A DNA stretch of 64,000 bases from an uncultured archaeon (GCA_964458565.1 CAYWJO010000009.1:21226-85225); one strand, 5' to 3'. Counted from the first letter of the stretch, positions 9,952 through 20,572 are shown. Notes: generated by a model not told the origin, from the sequence alone. Numbers and translations are program-made.

Positions 9952-11663
9952 AGAAAATCACCCTCCTTCAGCTGGTCAATTATCCATTTTGCTGTCATGG
10001 GTCTTCCATCGTATCTATTCACATGATGATGAACATCGAGTCCCGTTTCCATACTCACTAGTTTGGCAAATTGTGAGGTTACGTTCTGTTCTACAGCAAT
10101 CATCTTCTTTGATGAATTGAAAACTCCTCTTAGTTTTTCAGTCCTTAATGGATATAGATCACAGTAATGTAATTGACTGATGGATACTCCTTCAGATGTA
10201 AGTATTTTCACAGCTTCATTGGCAGCACCCCATGTTGAACCCCATGTAAGAAGAGTTGCATCACTATTCTCATTACCATAGATCTGAGGAGGATTCAACT
10301 CATCAAGAATCAAAGGAATTTTTTTGTAAAACTTCTCTACCATTGCATTCCTGTTATCAGGATCTTCAGTTATGTGCCCATCCTCTCGATGAACATTTCC
10401 TGAACCCACGACAACTTTACCAATATCTCCAGGAAATGCTCGGGGTGAGATTCCATTTTTCGTAAATTGGTATCGTTTGTATGATTGGGAATTTTCGTCA
10501 GCGAGTTTGCCTCTGTCTATCTCTATTGACTTTATATCGAATTCTGGAATGTTCATGATTGAATCAGCAAAGTATTGATCGCCAAGGATTAAAACTGGTA
10601 CTTGAAAACGGTCTGCAAGATTGAAGGCTCGATGTCCAACTTCAAATGCCTCAATAGGATTCTTCGGGGCTAACATAATTCTAGGAAATTCGCCTTGGCT
10701 TGCATGAAGCATGAAGAGTAGATCTGACTGTTCCGTTCTGGTAGGAAGTCCAGTACTTGGGCCTGGTCTCTGAGCATTGTAGATGACGACTGGTGTTTCA
10801 GTAATTGCAGCAAAGCCTAAACCTTCAACCATCAATGAGAATCCTCCTCCAGACGTAGTTGTCATAGCTCGTGCCCCAGCAAAGGATGCTCCTATAGCCA
10901 TCGCAAGCCCTGCAATCTCATCTTCACTCTGTAGGGTCCCAATTTTCAAGATTTGAGAGTGTTCTACAATTTCCTGGAATGTAGATGTTGATGGACTCAT
11001 CGGGTATGAAGAAATCCACTTCACATTACCTGCAATTGCACCGAATGCCAAAGCTTGATTACCATTCAGGATTAGACAGTCTTCACAGGTTCCCCTCTCA
11101 AGCTCGCTCAGATTCTGACGACATGAGCCATCGAACTTTACAGATGCCAGATCATAGAGCGCTCTAGCCACGTTAATATTTCCAGAAACTACTTTTTCTC
11201 CTTTTTTTGAGAATATATCCTTCAATGCCGCTTCTGCTAGATTAAATGGGAATTGGACAATGGACAGAACTGCACCCATTGCAGCCGCATTCGTCATCTT
11301 GACATTTCCACCCACCGTTCGAGCTGTTTCAATTAGAGGTGTGGGAAAATGACATGCCTCAAGGTCTGGAAATTCAATTGAACTATCGAAAATAATTACC
11401 CCATTATCTGCGAGTTTCCCTCTTTGATTAGTTATTGCTTCTTTTGACAGTGCAACAATCACATCCACTTGATCAACAGGTGCAAAGATTGGTTCATCTG
11501 CCACTCTGATCTGAGTGAAGTTGTAACCCCCTCTGATTCTCGATTCGTAGTCCTTTGTGGTAAATGTGTAGAAGCCAGCTTTAACGAATATTTGGGTTAG
11601 GAGGTCTCCAATAGTGTCAATTCCTTGACCAGCTTCACCTCCAACATTAAATGTGATGTCCAT
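9948..11663 (-). CDS. korA: 2-oxoacid:ferredoxin oxidoreductase alpha(gamma) subunit
   Basis: GGEAGQG, SRIRGG, YPMSP, EDEI, TSGGGF, QRPGPSTGLPT. Confidence 0.92.
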   Translation of the reverse strand: MDITFNVGGEAGQGIDTIGDLLTQIFVKAGFYTFTTKDYESRIRGGYNFTQIRVADEPIFAPVDQVDVIVALSKEAITNQRGKLADNGVIIFDSSIEFPDLEACHFPTPLIETARTVGGNVKMTNAAAMGAVLSIVQFPFNLAEAALKDIFSKKGEKVVSGNINVARALYDLASVKFDGSCRQNLSELERGTCEDCLILNGNQALAFGAIAGNVKWISSYPMSPSTSTFQEIVEHSQILKIGTLQSEDEIAGLAMAIGASFAGARAMTTTSGGGFSLMVEGLGFAAITETPVVIYNAQRPGPSTGLPTRTEQSDLLFMLHASQGEFPRIMLAPKNPIEAFEVGHRAFNLADRFQVPVLILGDQYFADSIMNIPEFDIKSIEIDRGKLADENSQSYKRYQFTKNGISPRAFPGDIGKVVVGSGNVHREDGHITEDPDNRNAMVEKFYKKIPLILDELNPPQIYGNENSDATLLTWGSTWGAANEAVKILTSEGVSISQLHYCDLYPLRTEKLRGVFNSSKKMIAVEQNVTSQFAKLVSMETGLDVHHHVNRYDGRPMTAKWIIDQLKEGDFL

Positions 11664-11739
11664 TGCAATATCCTCGATTAAGAATACAGTACAGCGAAAT
11701 CAAAAACTCGCTATAACTGCTTCTCTAAAACATATTTGG

Positions 11740-12645
11740 TTATTGAATTCTCAGGATAATATTATCTCCCTTATTCGCTCCCAATGCTCTTGATATGTGG
11801 GGACATTTTCCTTTGAGTAGATAGTATGTTTCGACTTCAAGTTCTTCTTGAATTTCTGGGAACGTTTCTATATTTGCTTGACCTTTTGATATTACAATTT
11901 GGCTATCCGAAATGAGTTTGATGAACTCTTCGCTAACCCATTTCCGAGGAGTCCCATGCGCCCATGCTCCAGTTGTTCTTATGTCTGCAAGTTGATCGAT
12001 TTCAGTACCTCGAACATCTTCTTCTGTAGCATCGTTAATCATTGGTTGTCCTTTTACTATATAGTAGATTTTCCAACCCTTATCCTTCATTATCTGTAAG
12101 AGTGGGATATCGAAATAGGTTTCTCCTGCATTATCTGCGAGAAAGGATAGTGTTTCAGAGGATTCACCTAGTCTATCCCATAGTGCTTTTGAGTCATCAA
12201 TTCGAAAACCAACTTGAATTATTTCTTCAAATAATTTCTCTAATTCATCTAAATCTGGTTCATGTCCTGCGGTGTTATAATCAATAACATTCCCAGTAAT
12301 TGATGCTGCAATTGCAGCTCGAAACTGCTCATAGCCCTCTAGTTTCTCTATCTTCATTTTTATGAATGGTGAAGCTTTCTTTGCAGCTTGGTTACTAATT
12401 TTTTTGAGCATTTGAAATGGATCCATGTTGTTAGCTGCAATGTATAATTGTTGGTATAGTTGGATTGAGAGTGAAGCAGGATCTTCCCTTTCCTCAAATC
12501 CCTGTGCTAGTCTTTTAAAGGCTGCTGAATATAATTTGAATTGAGTTTCTTTATCATCCGAGAGCAGAGGAATAATTGTTTGTAGACTATCGATAATGCA
12601 GGTAGAACATTCTTGTGCTAAGGGAACTCTAATTGACTTCGTCAT
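11740..12645 (-). CDS. ARMT1-like/DUF89 damage-control phosphatase (start moved to ATG 12645)
   Basis: ECSTC, GNVIDY, DNAGE..FD, INDAT, SKGQANIE, KC motifs. Confidence 0.88.
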   Translation of the reverse strand: MTKSIRVPLAQECSTCIIDSLQTIIPLLSDDKETQFKLYSAAFKRLAQGFEEREDPASLSIQLYQQLYIAANNMDPFQMLKKISNQAAKKASPFIKMKIEKLEGYEQFRAAIAASITGNVIDYNTAGHEPDLDELEKLFEEIIQVGFRIDDSKALWDRLGESSETLSFLADNAGETYFDIPLLQIMKDKGWKIYYIVKGQPMINDATEEDVRGTEIDQLADIRTTGAWAHGTPRKWVSEEFIKLISDSQIVISKGQANIETFPEIQEELEVETYYLLKGKCPHISRALGANKGDNIILRIQ

Positions 12646-13144
12646 TCGCTGATTCTTCCCCATTGTGTTCTGCGACCATGAGGTATGCATCCTCTCCATC
12701 ACGATAGTACCCCTTGAGAACTCTCTTAACTTCGAAGTCAAGATTCTCGTAAGCTTTGATTGCTGCGGTATTGCTTTTCCTGACTTCTAAAAATGACTCG
12801 GTTGCACCGTACTCTATCATTCCTGCAATTGCGCTTTCTATAAGCTTTGTACCATATCCCTTGTTTCTGACAGGCTCTGTTACGGCAACCGATACGATGT
12901 GACCTTTTTTTACCGGCTTGCGACCGAAACTCGAAATCCCTCTTTCTATCCTGCACATAATATATCCAATAACTATCCCGTCTACTTCTCCAATTAAGAA
13001 CGCTTTTGGGGCGTGTGCGTGAAGTCCAAGAAAGAATGATTCGGGGTAATTCTCAGGTAAGCAACTCTTGTTTATTGCAACAACATCTGCAATGTCATCT
13101 TTAGAAAATTCCCTGATGACCAAGTTTGCGGTCACGTTCAACAA
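12629..13144 (-). CDS. ard1: N-terminal acetyltransferase, Ard1/RimI GNAT family
   Basis: LPENY, GYIMCRIE, GHIVSVAV, LEVRKSN..A..Y, YYRDGEDAY. Confidence 0.9.
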   Translation of the reverse strand: MLNVTANLVIREFSKDDIADVVAINKSCLPENYPESFFLGLHAHAPKAFLIGEVDGIVIGYIMCRIERGISSFGRKPVKKGHIVSVAVTEPVRNKGYGTKLIESAIAGMIEYGATESFLEVRKSNTAAIKAYENLDFEVKRVLKGYYRDGEDAYLMVAEHNGEESANDEVN

Positions 13145-13207
13145 TGATTCACTCCAAGTTCGTAACCTTGGTACTTGTTCCTCTTTTATCAGTTATGTCG
13201 TGGAACA

Positions 13208-13870
13208 TTAATTTAGCAAGTCCCTCGCTATGCTGATCCAATATGTGGTCTTTTCATCTGAAATTGTATACTGTTCAGGAATTGGAATATTCTCCATCTC
13301 CATTCCAAGCAGGATTGTTTCTACAAGTGTATCAGGATCCGCAGCTGCTAACTCTTCAAGTGTTTTCAAACCTGCAACTTCATAGATTCCGCGAGAGTCT
13401 GTTATCCAATGTTCAGCTGTTTTAATATCAACGTCACACACATCGATAATTGATTCAGCTCCAAAGTAGATTAAATCTGATATTGTAGAAACACCAACTC
13501 GCATGAGCGTTTCTATGTGTGTAGGAGTTGGTCCTTCAAGAACTTCAATGGGGATTTCGTGTGGTAGTAAACTTGGATCCATGCGTCCAGGAATGCGTCT
13601 CCTTTCCCTTTCCATCTCCTCATCAAATTTTCTTGCATACGAGCCTCTGCTACGTGGATATCCTGCCCTTGCCCGTGTTACTCGATCACTCATATCGACT
13701 GTACAACAGTTACACAGGATACCTAATACCAGAATTGTGGCAGCCATGAGTAGCAAAACTGCAATTACCGTGTTGGTCCACCATAAAAGTAACGCTCCGA
13801 TACCAAGCATAATTGAAACGATGAATATCATTAAATTTGAACTTCGGCCCCGTGAAAACATACTCAACAC
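13208..13870 (-). CDS. Membrane-anchored protein with DUF4332/helix-hairpin-helix-like repeats
   Basis: Two N-terminal TM helices; IEVLEGPTP..ETLMRVGVSTISDL and AGLKTLEELAAADP HhH-like segments. Confidence 0.55.
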   Translation of the reverse strand: MLSMFSRGRSSNLMIFIVSIMLGIGALLLWWTNTVIAVLLLMAATILVLGILCNCCTVDMSDRVTRARAGYPRSRGSYARKFDEEMERERRRIPGRMDPSLLPHEIPIEVLEGPTPTHIETLMRVGVSTISDLIYFGAESIIDVCDVDIKTAEHWITDSRGIYEVAGLKTLEELAAADPDTLVETILLGMEMENIPIPEQYTISDEKTTYWISIARDLLN

Positions 13871-13971
13871 CTGCGATTATCAACCACTACAGGTTTTCGT
13901 GACTTATAAGGAATCTTGCATATGATGTCCTACGAAAGACCTTATTTACTAATCGTAGAACGATAGCACTC

Positions 13972-14544
13972 ATGACTGCCCTCTTGATTGGTGGAACACC
14001 CGGTACAGGCAAGACAGAGATCGCTTCTCTAATTGCAAAAAATCTTGATGCGCAATTAATCTCAGTTAGTGATATTGTAGAGAAATATGGTTGCATCGAA
14101 GAGCATGATTCTGATAGAGCGACAGATGTAATCAATGAGGATTGCTTCGTTGATGCTATAATTGATACGCTTGATGAAATGAAAGGTAAAATTGTGATAG
14201 AGGGTCACTATATCGATTTAGTTCCACGTGAACATGTTTCTGATGTTTTTATTCTAAGGACACATCCTGCTATTCTGAAAATACGACTGATTGAGCGCGG
14301 TTACCCGGCTGAAAAGATCCAAGAAAATGTGGAGGCAGAAGTTATTGGTGTTTGTCAAATGGATGCTTTGGATTCTTTTGGGGAAGAGATAGTCAAAGAA
14401 ATTGACACTTCTGAACTATCTCCAATGGATGCAGTCGATGCGGTTCTACGTTTGATTGGATCAAGAGATGGAATATGCACTAGAATCGATTGGATGGACT
14501 CCCTTGAGGAAACCGGTCAACTTGATGAGTTTCTCTCAAATTAA
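13972..14544 (+). CDS. Adenylate kinase 6 / Fap7 / hCINAP family
   Basis: GGTPGTGKT, VIEGH, LRTHP..L..RL.ERGY..EKIQENVEAE. Confidence 0.9.
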   Translation: MTALLIGGTPGTGKTEIASLIAKNLDAQLISVSDIVEKYGCIEEHDSDRATDVINEDCFVDAIIDTLDEMKGKIVIEGHYIDLVPREHVSDVFILRTHPAILKIRLIERGYPAEKIQENVEAEVIGVCQMDALDSFGEEIVKEIDTSELSPMDAVDAVLRLIGSRDGICTRIDWMDSLEETGQLDEFLSN

Positions 14545-14548
14545 TCGG

Positions 14549-15121
14549 TTACTCTCTTTCTCTCATTCCAATAGAAAACAATCCAGTGACCGCAATCACA
14601 ATCATAGAGAGCGGAGTTCCAGTTGCAGCAATTGCTGCATCAGGATCGAAAGCTAGTGCGAATGATACCAAGTAGTAAATCATAGCACCTGCCATAGCCA
14701 TTAACATTGCAGGAAGGACTGAGAGATAAGGACCTCTTGAGTCGTAATATGAAACTATACCGATGATAATCATCAGGATTCCAGATATTATAGGAACCAC
14801 AAAGAATAGGTTTCCATACTGTACGAATGCTGTGAAGAAACTATCAAATCCGATGTCAGGTGGACGAACCATGACTTGAAGAAACTGTGTCCATATAGCC
14901 ATCAAACCTGATATAACTAGAATTACAAGAGGCCATCGATACCTGAGTATGCCTAATTCTCGCTTTCGGAGCTGTTTTCGTAATTCTTGGGCTTTTTCAA
15001 TTCTCTCTTGTTCTTTTGTGCGCTCTATTCGTCGCTCTCTAATAGTCAGGCCATCTTCCTCTTCTTCATCCTCAATCGAATCTATGAGATCGTCAGCCAC
15101 ATCAGATGGTTCTTCAAACAT
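14549..15121 (-). CDS. Hypothetical 4-TM membrane protein with acidic/charged N-terminal helix
   Basis: EDEEEEDG and E/R/K-rich helix, then four hydrophobic segments. Confidence 0.65.
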   Translation of the reverse strand: MFEEPSDVADDLIDSIEDEEEEDGLTIRERRIERTKEQERIEKAQELRKQLRKRELGILRYRWPLVILVISGLMAIWTQFLQVMVRPPDIGFDSFFTAFVQYGNLFFVVPIISGILMIIIGIVSYYDSRGPYLSVLPAMLMAMAGAMIYYLVSFALAFDPDAAIAATGTPLSMIVIAVTGLFSIGMRERE

Positions 15122-15188
15122 GATAATTCCTACTCTTTGAATTCATATGTCGTTTATAAGATTCAGTATCTGAGAAAATATGGCTTGA

Positions 15189-16937
15189 TTATGATATTCT
15201 TGGAGATTGTGCAATGGATTTGACAATATCCGTTTCCAACACAGATTCAATTTCTTGCTTAAATTGATTGAGCACCACATGAAGCTCGCATGGATTAGAA
15301 ATAGATGATTCAATTATACAATCATGGAATTGACCCTCAAGATTTTCGATCTCATCGAAATATAATGAATAGATTAACGCATCAGCTGCATTCTCCAGAA
15401 ATATCTTAACAGACTCCGAATATATTCTGTTTGTGTGGGCCTCCTGTAACATTACGAATAGGTTATTGAAAGGCCTAGGATACTTTGGTGAAACAATAGG
15501 TACTTCTTCGATGATTCCCGTGTTCAAACATGTGGTGAGTTCGGAGTAGTTAGTAAGGTACTTGATGCAGATGTATTTCATGAGTTGTGAATTCAGAATC
15601 AACCCAATTGCCTCGTCAGGAAGATGAGAATCGTTTATCGCGATTTTTACGATTCCACCTCCATGAATCACACCCTTTGGTTTCATTACACATCGTGGAT
15701 ATGGATAATTCTTTGTAGCAACAAGAAACGAATTCGAGTACGATTCTGTCAACGCAGAGTCCCTTTTGAACCAATCATTTGAGAATCTTAGATGTTCTTT
15801 GTCAATGAAATATCTCTTGACACTTCGACCTGTTGTGATATATGGTACCGAATAAATGGTGCTGGTTTTTTTTCTGACATTGCTATGTGGAATATCCCTG
15901 CCTCTACTTGCGTTAAGAAGCCCTCTGGTTCCTTTTTCAAGAATCTCGTCATATATCTGATCGTGATATATTGAAAATATCCTACCTGATGAAAATACAT
16001 TAGATCGAACGTAGTCCGACATTGCTAAATCTTCACGTTTCGATTCAATGTTAATCAAATGGTTTCCTTCACTTTTCTCTGCCTTACAGAAAATGCTAAC
16101 CATCTCAAGTGTTACATCTGTAAATGGATTTCCCTCGTCAGTAATTTTGTATAATTTCATTCTCTCAAGTATGAATTCCCTTGTTTTTTGAAATTGGCCG
16201 ACCCTGAGGACACTATTAGGTATTAGAAAACCCAGATGACCTCCAGCTCTAAGCAACTCCCACGCTCTCACTATGAACAATGCTGCAACATTCCATGTGC
16301 CTTTTCTATTCCCATAGACTGGATAGCTTAGCACATCTGCAATTTGCGCTCTTTCATTTTCTGATAACAAATTTCCATATGGTGGATTTCCAAGTACAAT
16401 ATCAAAACCCGGATTCTCTGTGTTGAATACTGAGGGGTATTGTTTTGCCCAGACGAACCCACTGCTTGGATTTCCTATCTCGCCCAAGAGACTATTTCCA
16501 ACTCGGATGTTGCTTATATCAATGGAATTCGTTTCAAACTCTTCATCTTCGCCTTGAACCCAGTTAACTAAATTCTCCTTACATGCTCCTATAGCTGAGG
16601 ATTGCAGATCGACCCCAAATAGAGATGACTCAACAATCTCCTTTCTGAGAGTGCACACTTCTGTAGTGTCTCCCAGATATTGTCGTAATTCCTGGAGCAC
16701 GTGGCCTGCACTCACTAGGAATACACCATCGCCAACAGAAGGGTCCAGAATCCGGGCCTCTTTTAGTGATTTCAAAGGACAATTTTCTTTTTCAGACAAC
16801 CACTCAGCAATCGTAGTCTGGGTGATTTCCCGCGCAATTGCAATCGGCGTGTAAAATGAACCTGTTTCCTTCAGTTCTGACATGGGTTGATTGTTTCTTG
16901 GTCCGTACTCATTTGCTGAACCAATACTAGAACCCAT
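15189..16937 (-). CDS. N6-adenine DNA methyltransferase, gamma class (TaqI/Eco57I-like)
   Basis: GSFYTP, ILDPSVGDGVFL (motif I), FDIVLGNPPY (motif IV), TaqI-like C-terminal 'ILNS.LM' region. Confidence 0.88.
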   Translation of the reverse strand: MGSSIGSANEYGPRNNQPMSELKETGSFYTPIAIAREITQTTIAEWLSEKENCPLKSLKEARILDPSVGDGVFLVSAGHVLQELRQYLGDTTEVCTLRKEIVESSLFGVDLQSSAIGACKENLVNWVQGEDEEFETNSIDISNIRVGNSLLGEIGNPSSGFVWAKQYPSVFNTENPGFDIVLGNPPYGNLLSENERAQIADVLSYPVYGNRKGTWNVAALFIVRAWELLRAGGHLGFLIPNSVLRVGQFQKTREFILERMKLYKITDEGNPFTDVTLEMVSIFCKAEKSEGNHLINIESKREDLAMSDYVRSNVFSSGRIFSIYHDQIYDEILEKGTRGLLNASRGRDIPHSNVRKKTSTIYSVPYITTGRSVKRYFIDKEHLRFSNDWFKRDSALTESYSNSFLVATKNYPYPRCVMKPKGVIHGGGIVKIAINDSHLPDEAIGLILNSQLMKYICIKYLTNYSELTTCLNTGIIEEVPIVSPKYPRPFNNLFVMLQEAHTNRIYSESVKIFLENAADALIYSLYFDEIENLEGQFHDCIIESSISNPCELHVVLNQFKQEIESVLETDIVKSIAQSPRIS

Positions 16938-17024
16938 ACCAATACCGCCAATAGCCTATTTATACGGGGTAAAAAACTGATAAGTGAATGTTAGTATTAT
17001 ATTAGAACTGAGGATTGAATTCTA

Positions 17025-17315
17025 ATGGAATGGGAAAAATATACGAAAGTAACATCCAAGATGCATGAACACAATGTAAAGCTCGATGTTGAAACGATGG
17101 AACGCTTCAGAGAGATACTGGAGAAGATGAAGGACAAAGATATTGCGATTAAATTTGAATTTCTAAAGAAATATCTTCGATTGCGACCAGATGATATGGA
17201 GGCAATGGAAGAGCTCAAGATAAAGATGAATGATATTGGTGATGTGACATATAGCTCCATCGTTGATGAAATCGACCAGAAAATATACTTTTCATTCAAA
17301 ACACCCGAAGAGTGA
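17025..17315 (+). CDS. Hypothetical small charged protein
   Basis: 96-aa ORF with upstream GAGG; protein-like composition. Confidence 0.6.
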   Translation: MEWEKYTKVTSKMHEHNVKLDVETMERFREILEKMKDKDIAIKFEFLKKYLRLRPDDMEAMEELKIKMNDIGDVTYSSIVDEIDQKIYFSFKTPEE

Positions 17316-17402
17316 TATCCTAGAATTGGATAAAACTCATCCTCTGACTTGCTCAAGGAAGCATCTAACTGAATCTGATTAGATATTGAATAAAGAAAGA
17401 GA

Positions 17403-17425
17403 TAGAGTGGGAAATACCCACTCTA
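17403..17425 (-). terminator. Stem-loop overlapping the stop codon of the 17423 frame
   Basis: TAGAGTGGG-AAATA-CCCACTCTA, 9-bp perfect stem, TCTCTTTCTTT follows on the minus strand. Confidence 0.6.
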
Positions 17426-18910
17426 GATTAAATAGTCATCACTCTGAGCATCGATAGTAATAGGTGGCGGTTTGATTGGAGGCGGATTAGTCCCTCCTGA
17501 GAGTCTTGTCACTCTGATAGTAATGTCATAATAGTCTCCCGGATACTCCTGAACTCCATTACTTCCAATTAGACTTACTTTCACGTACATCGTTGCTATG
17601 GTAATCTTGTACGACACGTAGTAGTTATCTCCACGATAACTAGAGGAATCATAATCAATTCGATATGTAGATCTATAAAAGAAGAGTATAAGCCTCCGAT
17701 TTGACTTGAACATTGGTTGAATGAGTGGAAATTCAGAAAAAATCTTCATCAACCAATCTCGAGTTTTGTAATCACATATGATTTCAGTAGTAATGTCGTA
17801 GTGGAATCCAACACGCCCAAACCAGAAGAATGATACAAGCAACTCTTTCTCAACGAGTAAATTTCTTTTTTGTGAAATCTTCCTCTTGCTCAGGTGAACA
17901 TTCTGTGCCTGGAGTTTACGAACCAAATCCTCGAGATTCATACGCATATCCACGCTGATTATTTCTTCAATGAGAAAATCAGAGAATGTGAGGTCTCTCA
18001 TCAGACCATGCGCTTTTGTTATAGCTGAAAAGGGCTCATATCCCTTGGGAGGTTCGATTTTATCGTTTGTTATACACTCAGGAAGTTACTATTTTCCTTC
18101 ATGTAGCAAAGAAGGATTGATGTAACACGCACTTCCTTCAAAAACATGAAGACTTGAATAATCAAATAATTGAGAGCTTACTTTTCTTACTCCTTTTTCA
18201 AATGATGACACGATTTCATCTGAACCGGGTATTATAAAGACTATTAGCGCATTATTACTGTTCGATACCTTGTGGACTGATTTTAAGAATAGAAAATTGA
18301 ACAATCGCTCTCTCAATGGTTCCCATTCTACAGAATCCTTTAACCTTGAAAAGAGGATACATGAACGCAAACCAAAAGCAGTTAGGTCGTTACGCGCCAT
18401 CGTTCTAACCCAATGATGTGCTTGAAGGCGTTTGAATGCACCATAGACTGTGCTTCTATTGCGGTTCAGAGCTTTTGCCATCTCTGTGAAGGGTGTCATC
18501 GGATGTCTAATCATATAGCAGAATACCTCTGCATCTATTCCCTGTGGTGGGGTGTGTGGTCGCAATGAAGTCAAAGCATCTAATATCGCTGAATAAACAC
18601 TCTCAGGATTTAGAACACGCTGTTTTCTGAGCAGCTTGATATTGTCAATAAGTTGCTCAATCATATCACTAGTCCAAAGTTCAGTTATATCATCAGTAGG
18701 ATTTGTTGCATATCTAGGATGTCTGTGAAATTCCAGAGACATCAAATGTATCTGTCTTAACTGAATCAGGTCTTTGCTGAAAGCAACCTTGGCCTTTATG
18801 ATATCCAAGAACTATTGAACCTCTGGATTTTCATGATGTAGAATCTCGTCATATTCAGTTGAGATTGTATCTAATATCTCACGTACAGTTGAAGGTCCTT
18901 CAAGATTCAT
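17423..18910 (-). pseudogene. Decayed tandem winged-helix/Lrp-AsnC-like regulator (three in-frame stops) fused to the 3' end of an unrelated gene
   Basis: ATG 18910 with AGGAGG RBS; ORFs 18808 and 18001 lie in the same frame; TAG 18812-18814, TAG 18089-18091, TAA 18086-18088; HTH 'TPFTEMAKALNRNRSTVYGAFKRL'. Confidence 0.75.
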
Positions 18911-19039
18911 TATGCTTACCCTCCTAAGAATGGAATTATGAAATTACTTCTTAATATGAGGATAAACCTTTCCCACTTTTTAAAATGAAGGAGGTAGTTT
19001 GAAAATTTGTATTAGCTAAGACCAAAAAATAAGTAGAGT

Positions 19040-19059
19040 GAGTGGGAATATTCCCACTC
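19040..19059 (-). terminator. Perfect 20-bp palindrome 3' of the SPFH gene
   Basis: GAGTGGGAATATTCCCACTC, followed on the minus strand by ...CTTATTTTTT. Confidence 0.6.
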
Positions 19060-19068
19060 CCTGAATTA

Positions 19069-19944
19069 CTATCCTACTTTAGTGCCACAGTTCGGGCAGA
19101 ACTTCGCACCTTCAAGGCTAGTTCCACAGTTGGGACAGAATTTAGCTCCTGCAGGAGCAGTTCCTCCGCCACCACCACCAGCCATTGATGCACCCATTGC
19201 ACCCATCATCGCAGCACCAGCACCAAAGCCCGCACCTGGACTTTTGCCTAGTGAACCTGCGGCATCTCTCATGGTTTCTGAACCCATGACCTGCTGACCA
19301 CTGACACCACCAGTTCTTAGCCAGAACAATCTCTCACGATACTTCTCGGTTGTGTCAATACCCTCAAACTTGAGGTCAACCAACTCAAGACCGATTCTCT
19401 CGAAAGCCATTCTGACCTTGGTCTTGACTTTCAATGAGGTTTCATCAAGTTGTGTGAAGACTGCCTGAAGATCATAGTGAGCAAACTCATCAATGATGCG
19501 TTCGTTCATGAATGAGCGAAGATAGTCATTGATCTTATTGGTACTGAATGCATTTTGATTACCTACTACATCCTGTACGAAAATATTGCCTTCCTTGATC
19601 CTAAACCAAAAGTTTCCATGAAACATAAGTGGTGCTAGATCGCTTGTCTGACCTCTTCCACCGAATTTACCCTGAAATTGTGAGCGTGAGATGAAGACGC
19701 AAGTAGCCTCAAACACATCTCCCTTGATCTTCTTCTGAAGCCAGCCAACAAGACCGGGCATGCTGCTCGTGGTAAGTTTGTGGCGACCAGCAAGGAACGT
19801 ATCAAGGGCTTTTCCATCTCTGTAAAAGATAGCAGCTTGATTTTCCATTACAATCAGCTGTGAGCCCCAATCAATTCTGTTGTCGGGATAACGCCAGACG
19901 ATTTGGTCTGGTCCAGCGTTTGTCCATTCAATCGCATCTGCCAT
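19069..19944 (-). CDS. SPFH/band-7 protein (YdjI/virion-core-like subfamily) with C-terminal double zinc ribbon
   Basis: IVWRYP...GSQLIVMENQAAIFYRDGKALD...GRH; Gly/Ala/Met linker; two AKFCPNCG repeats. Confidence 0.88.
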   Translation of the reverse strand: MADAIEWTNAGPDQIVWRYPDNRIDWGSQLIVMENQAAIFYRDGKALDTFLAGRHKLTTSSMPGLVGWLQKKIKGDVFEATCVFISRSQFQGKFGGRGQTSDLAPLMFHGNFWFRIKEGNIFVQDVVGNQNAFSTNKINDYLRSFMNERIIDEFAHYDLQAVFTQLDETSLKVKTKVRMAFERIGLELVDLKFEGIDTTEKYRERLFWLRTGGVSGQQVMGSETMRDAAGSLGKSPGAGFGAGAAMMGAMGASMAGGGGGGTAPAGAKFCPNCGTSLEGAKFCPNCGTKVG

Positions 19945-20113
19945 AATTTTGACATCCCTGATATAATCTGGTTCTGATTGATACCTTACTCTTATTGGTT
20001 TTAAACGTTGACATGCCTTACTCCGCGCATCTGAAATGGTTAATTTTGATGAGATTGTGCTCTAATGCGCTTAGTTATTAGGAAACTCAAAGAGTTGACT
20101 CTGGGTCCAGCAT

Positions 20114-20566
20114 TTGACCGAAGATACAGAGCCTCTTCCAGAGGAAGAAACTTCCGACTCAAATGAAAAACAAACTCAGCAAATAGTTCGAACTCCCTTC
20201 AACCCAATGCACAGCTATGTTGAGATGATTATTTTGATTGGTGCTGGCTATGGTTTGACAGGTCTATTCGGATATTCCGCTCTTATAGCTGTGATGCTAT
20301 TTGGGTTGGTTCTACTCTATCGTGAAACCCTCTTCGTTTTGAAGCACTACACGTACGGATTTGCTAGAAAAGCCGCTTACTTCAATGCTGGTCACTCGTC
20401 AATCTATTTCGTAATTCTTTTCATTAATAGCTATGCAATCACTCAGACAGGAATTCCCTACATACTTCCAGAGTTTGACCAGCTTACATTACTCTGCCCA
20501 TTATTCATTGTTATGGGGTTCTATGGTTCAGCAAATATAAGAAGAATGTATCAAGCTCAGAAATAA
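20114..20566 (+). CDS. Hypothetical membrane protein (about 4 TM)
   Basis: Acidic N-terminus then hydrophobic segments. Confidence 0.65.
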   Translation: MTEDTEPLPEEETSDSNEKQTQQIVRTPFNPMHSYVEMIILIGAGYGLTGLFGYSALIAVMLFGLVLLYRETLFVLKHYTYGFARKAAYFNAGHSSIYFVILFINSYAITQTGIPYILPEFDQLTLLCPLFIVMGFYGSANIRRMYQAQK

Positions 20567-20572
20567 GAATCC

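Noticed and set aside
18812-18814. Pyrrolysine read-through of the in-frame TAG
   Set aside because: The same frame has a further TAG-TAA doublet and a chimeric end, which indicates decay; TAG also ends many intact genes in the window
15189-18910. Mobile element or defence island around the gamma-class methyltransferase
   Set aside because: No integrase, transposase, terminal repeats or tRNA target visible
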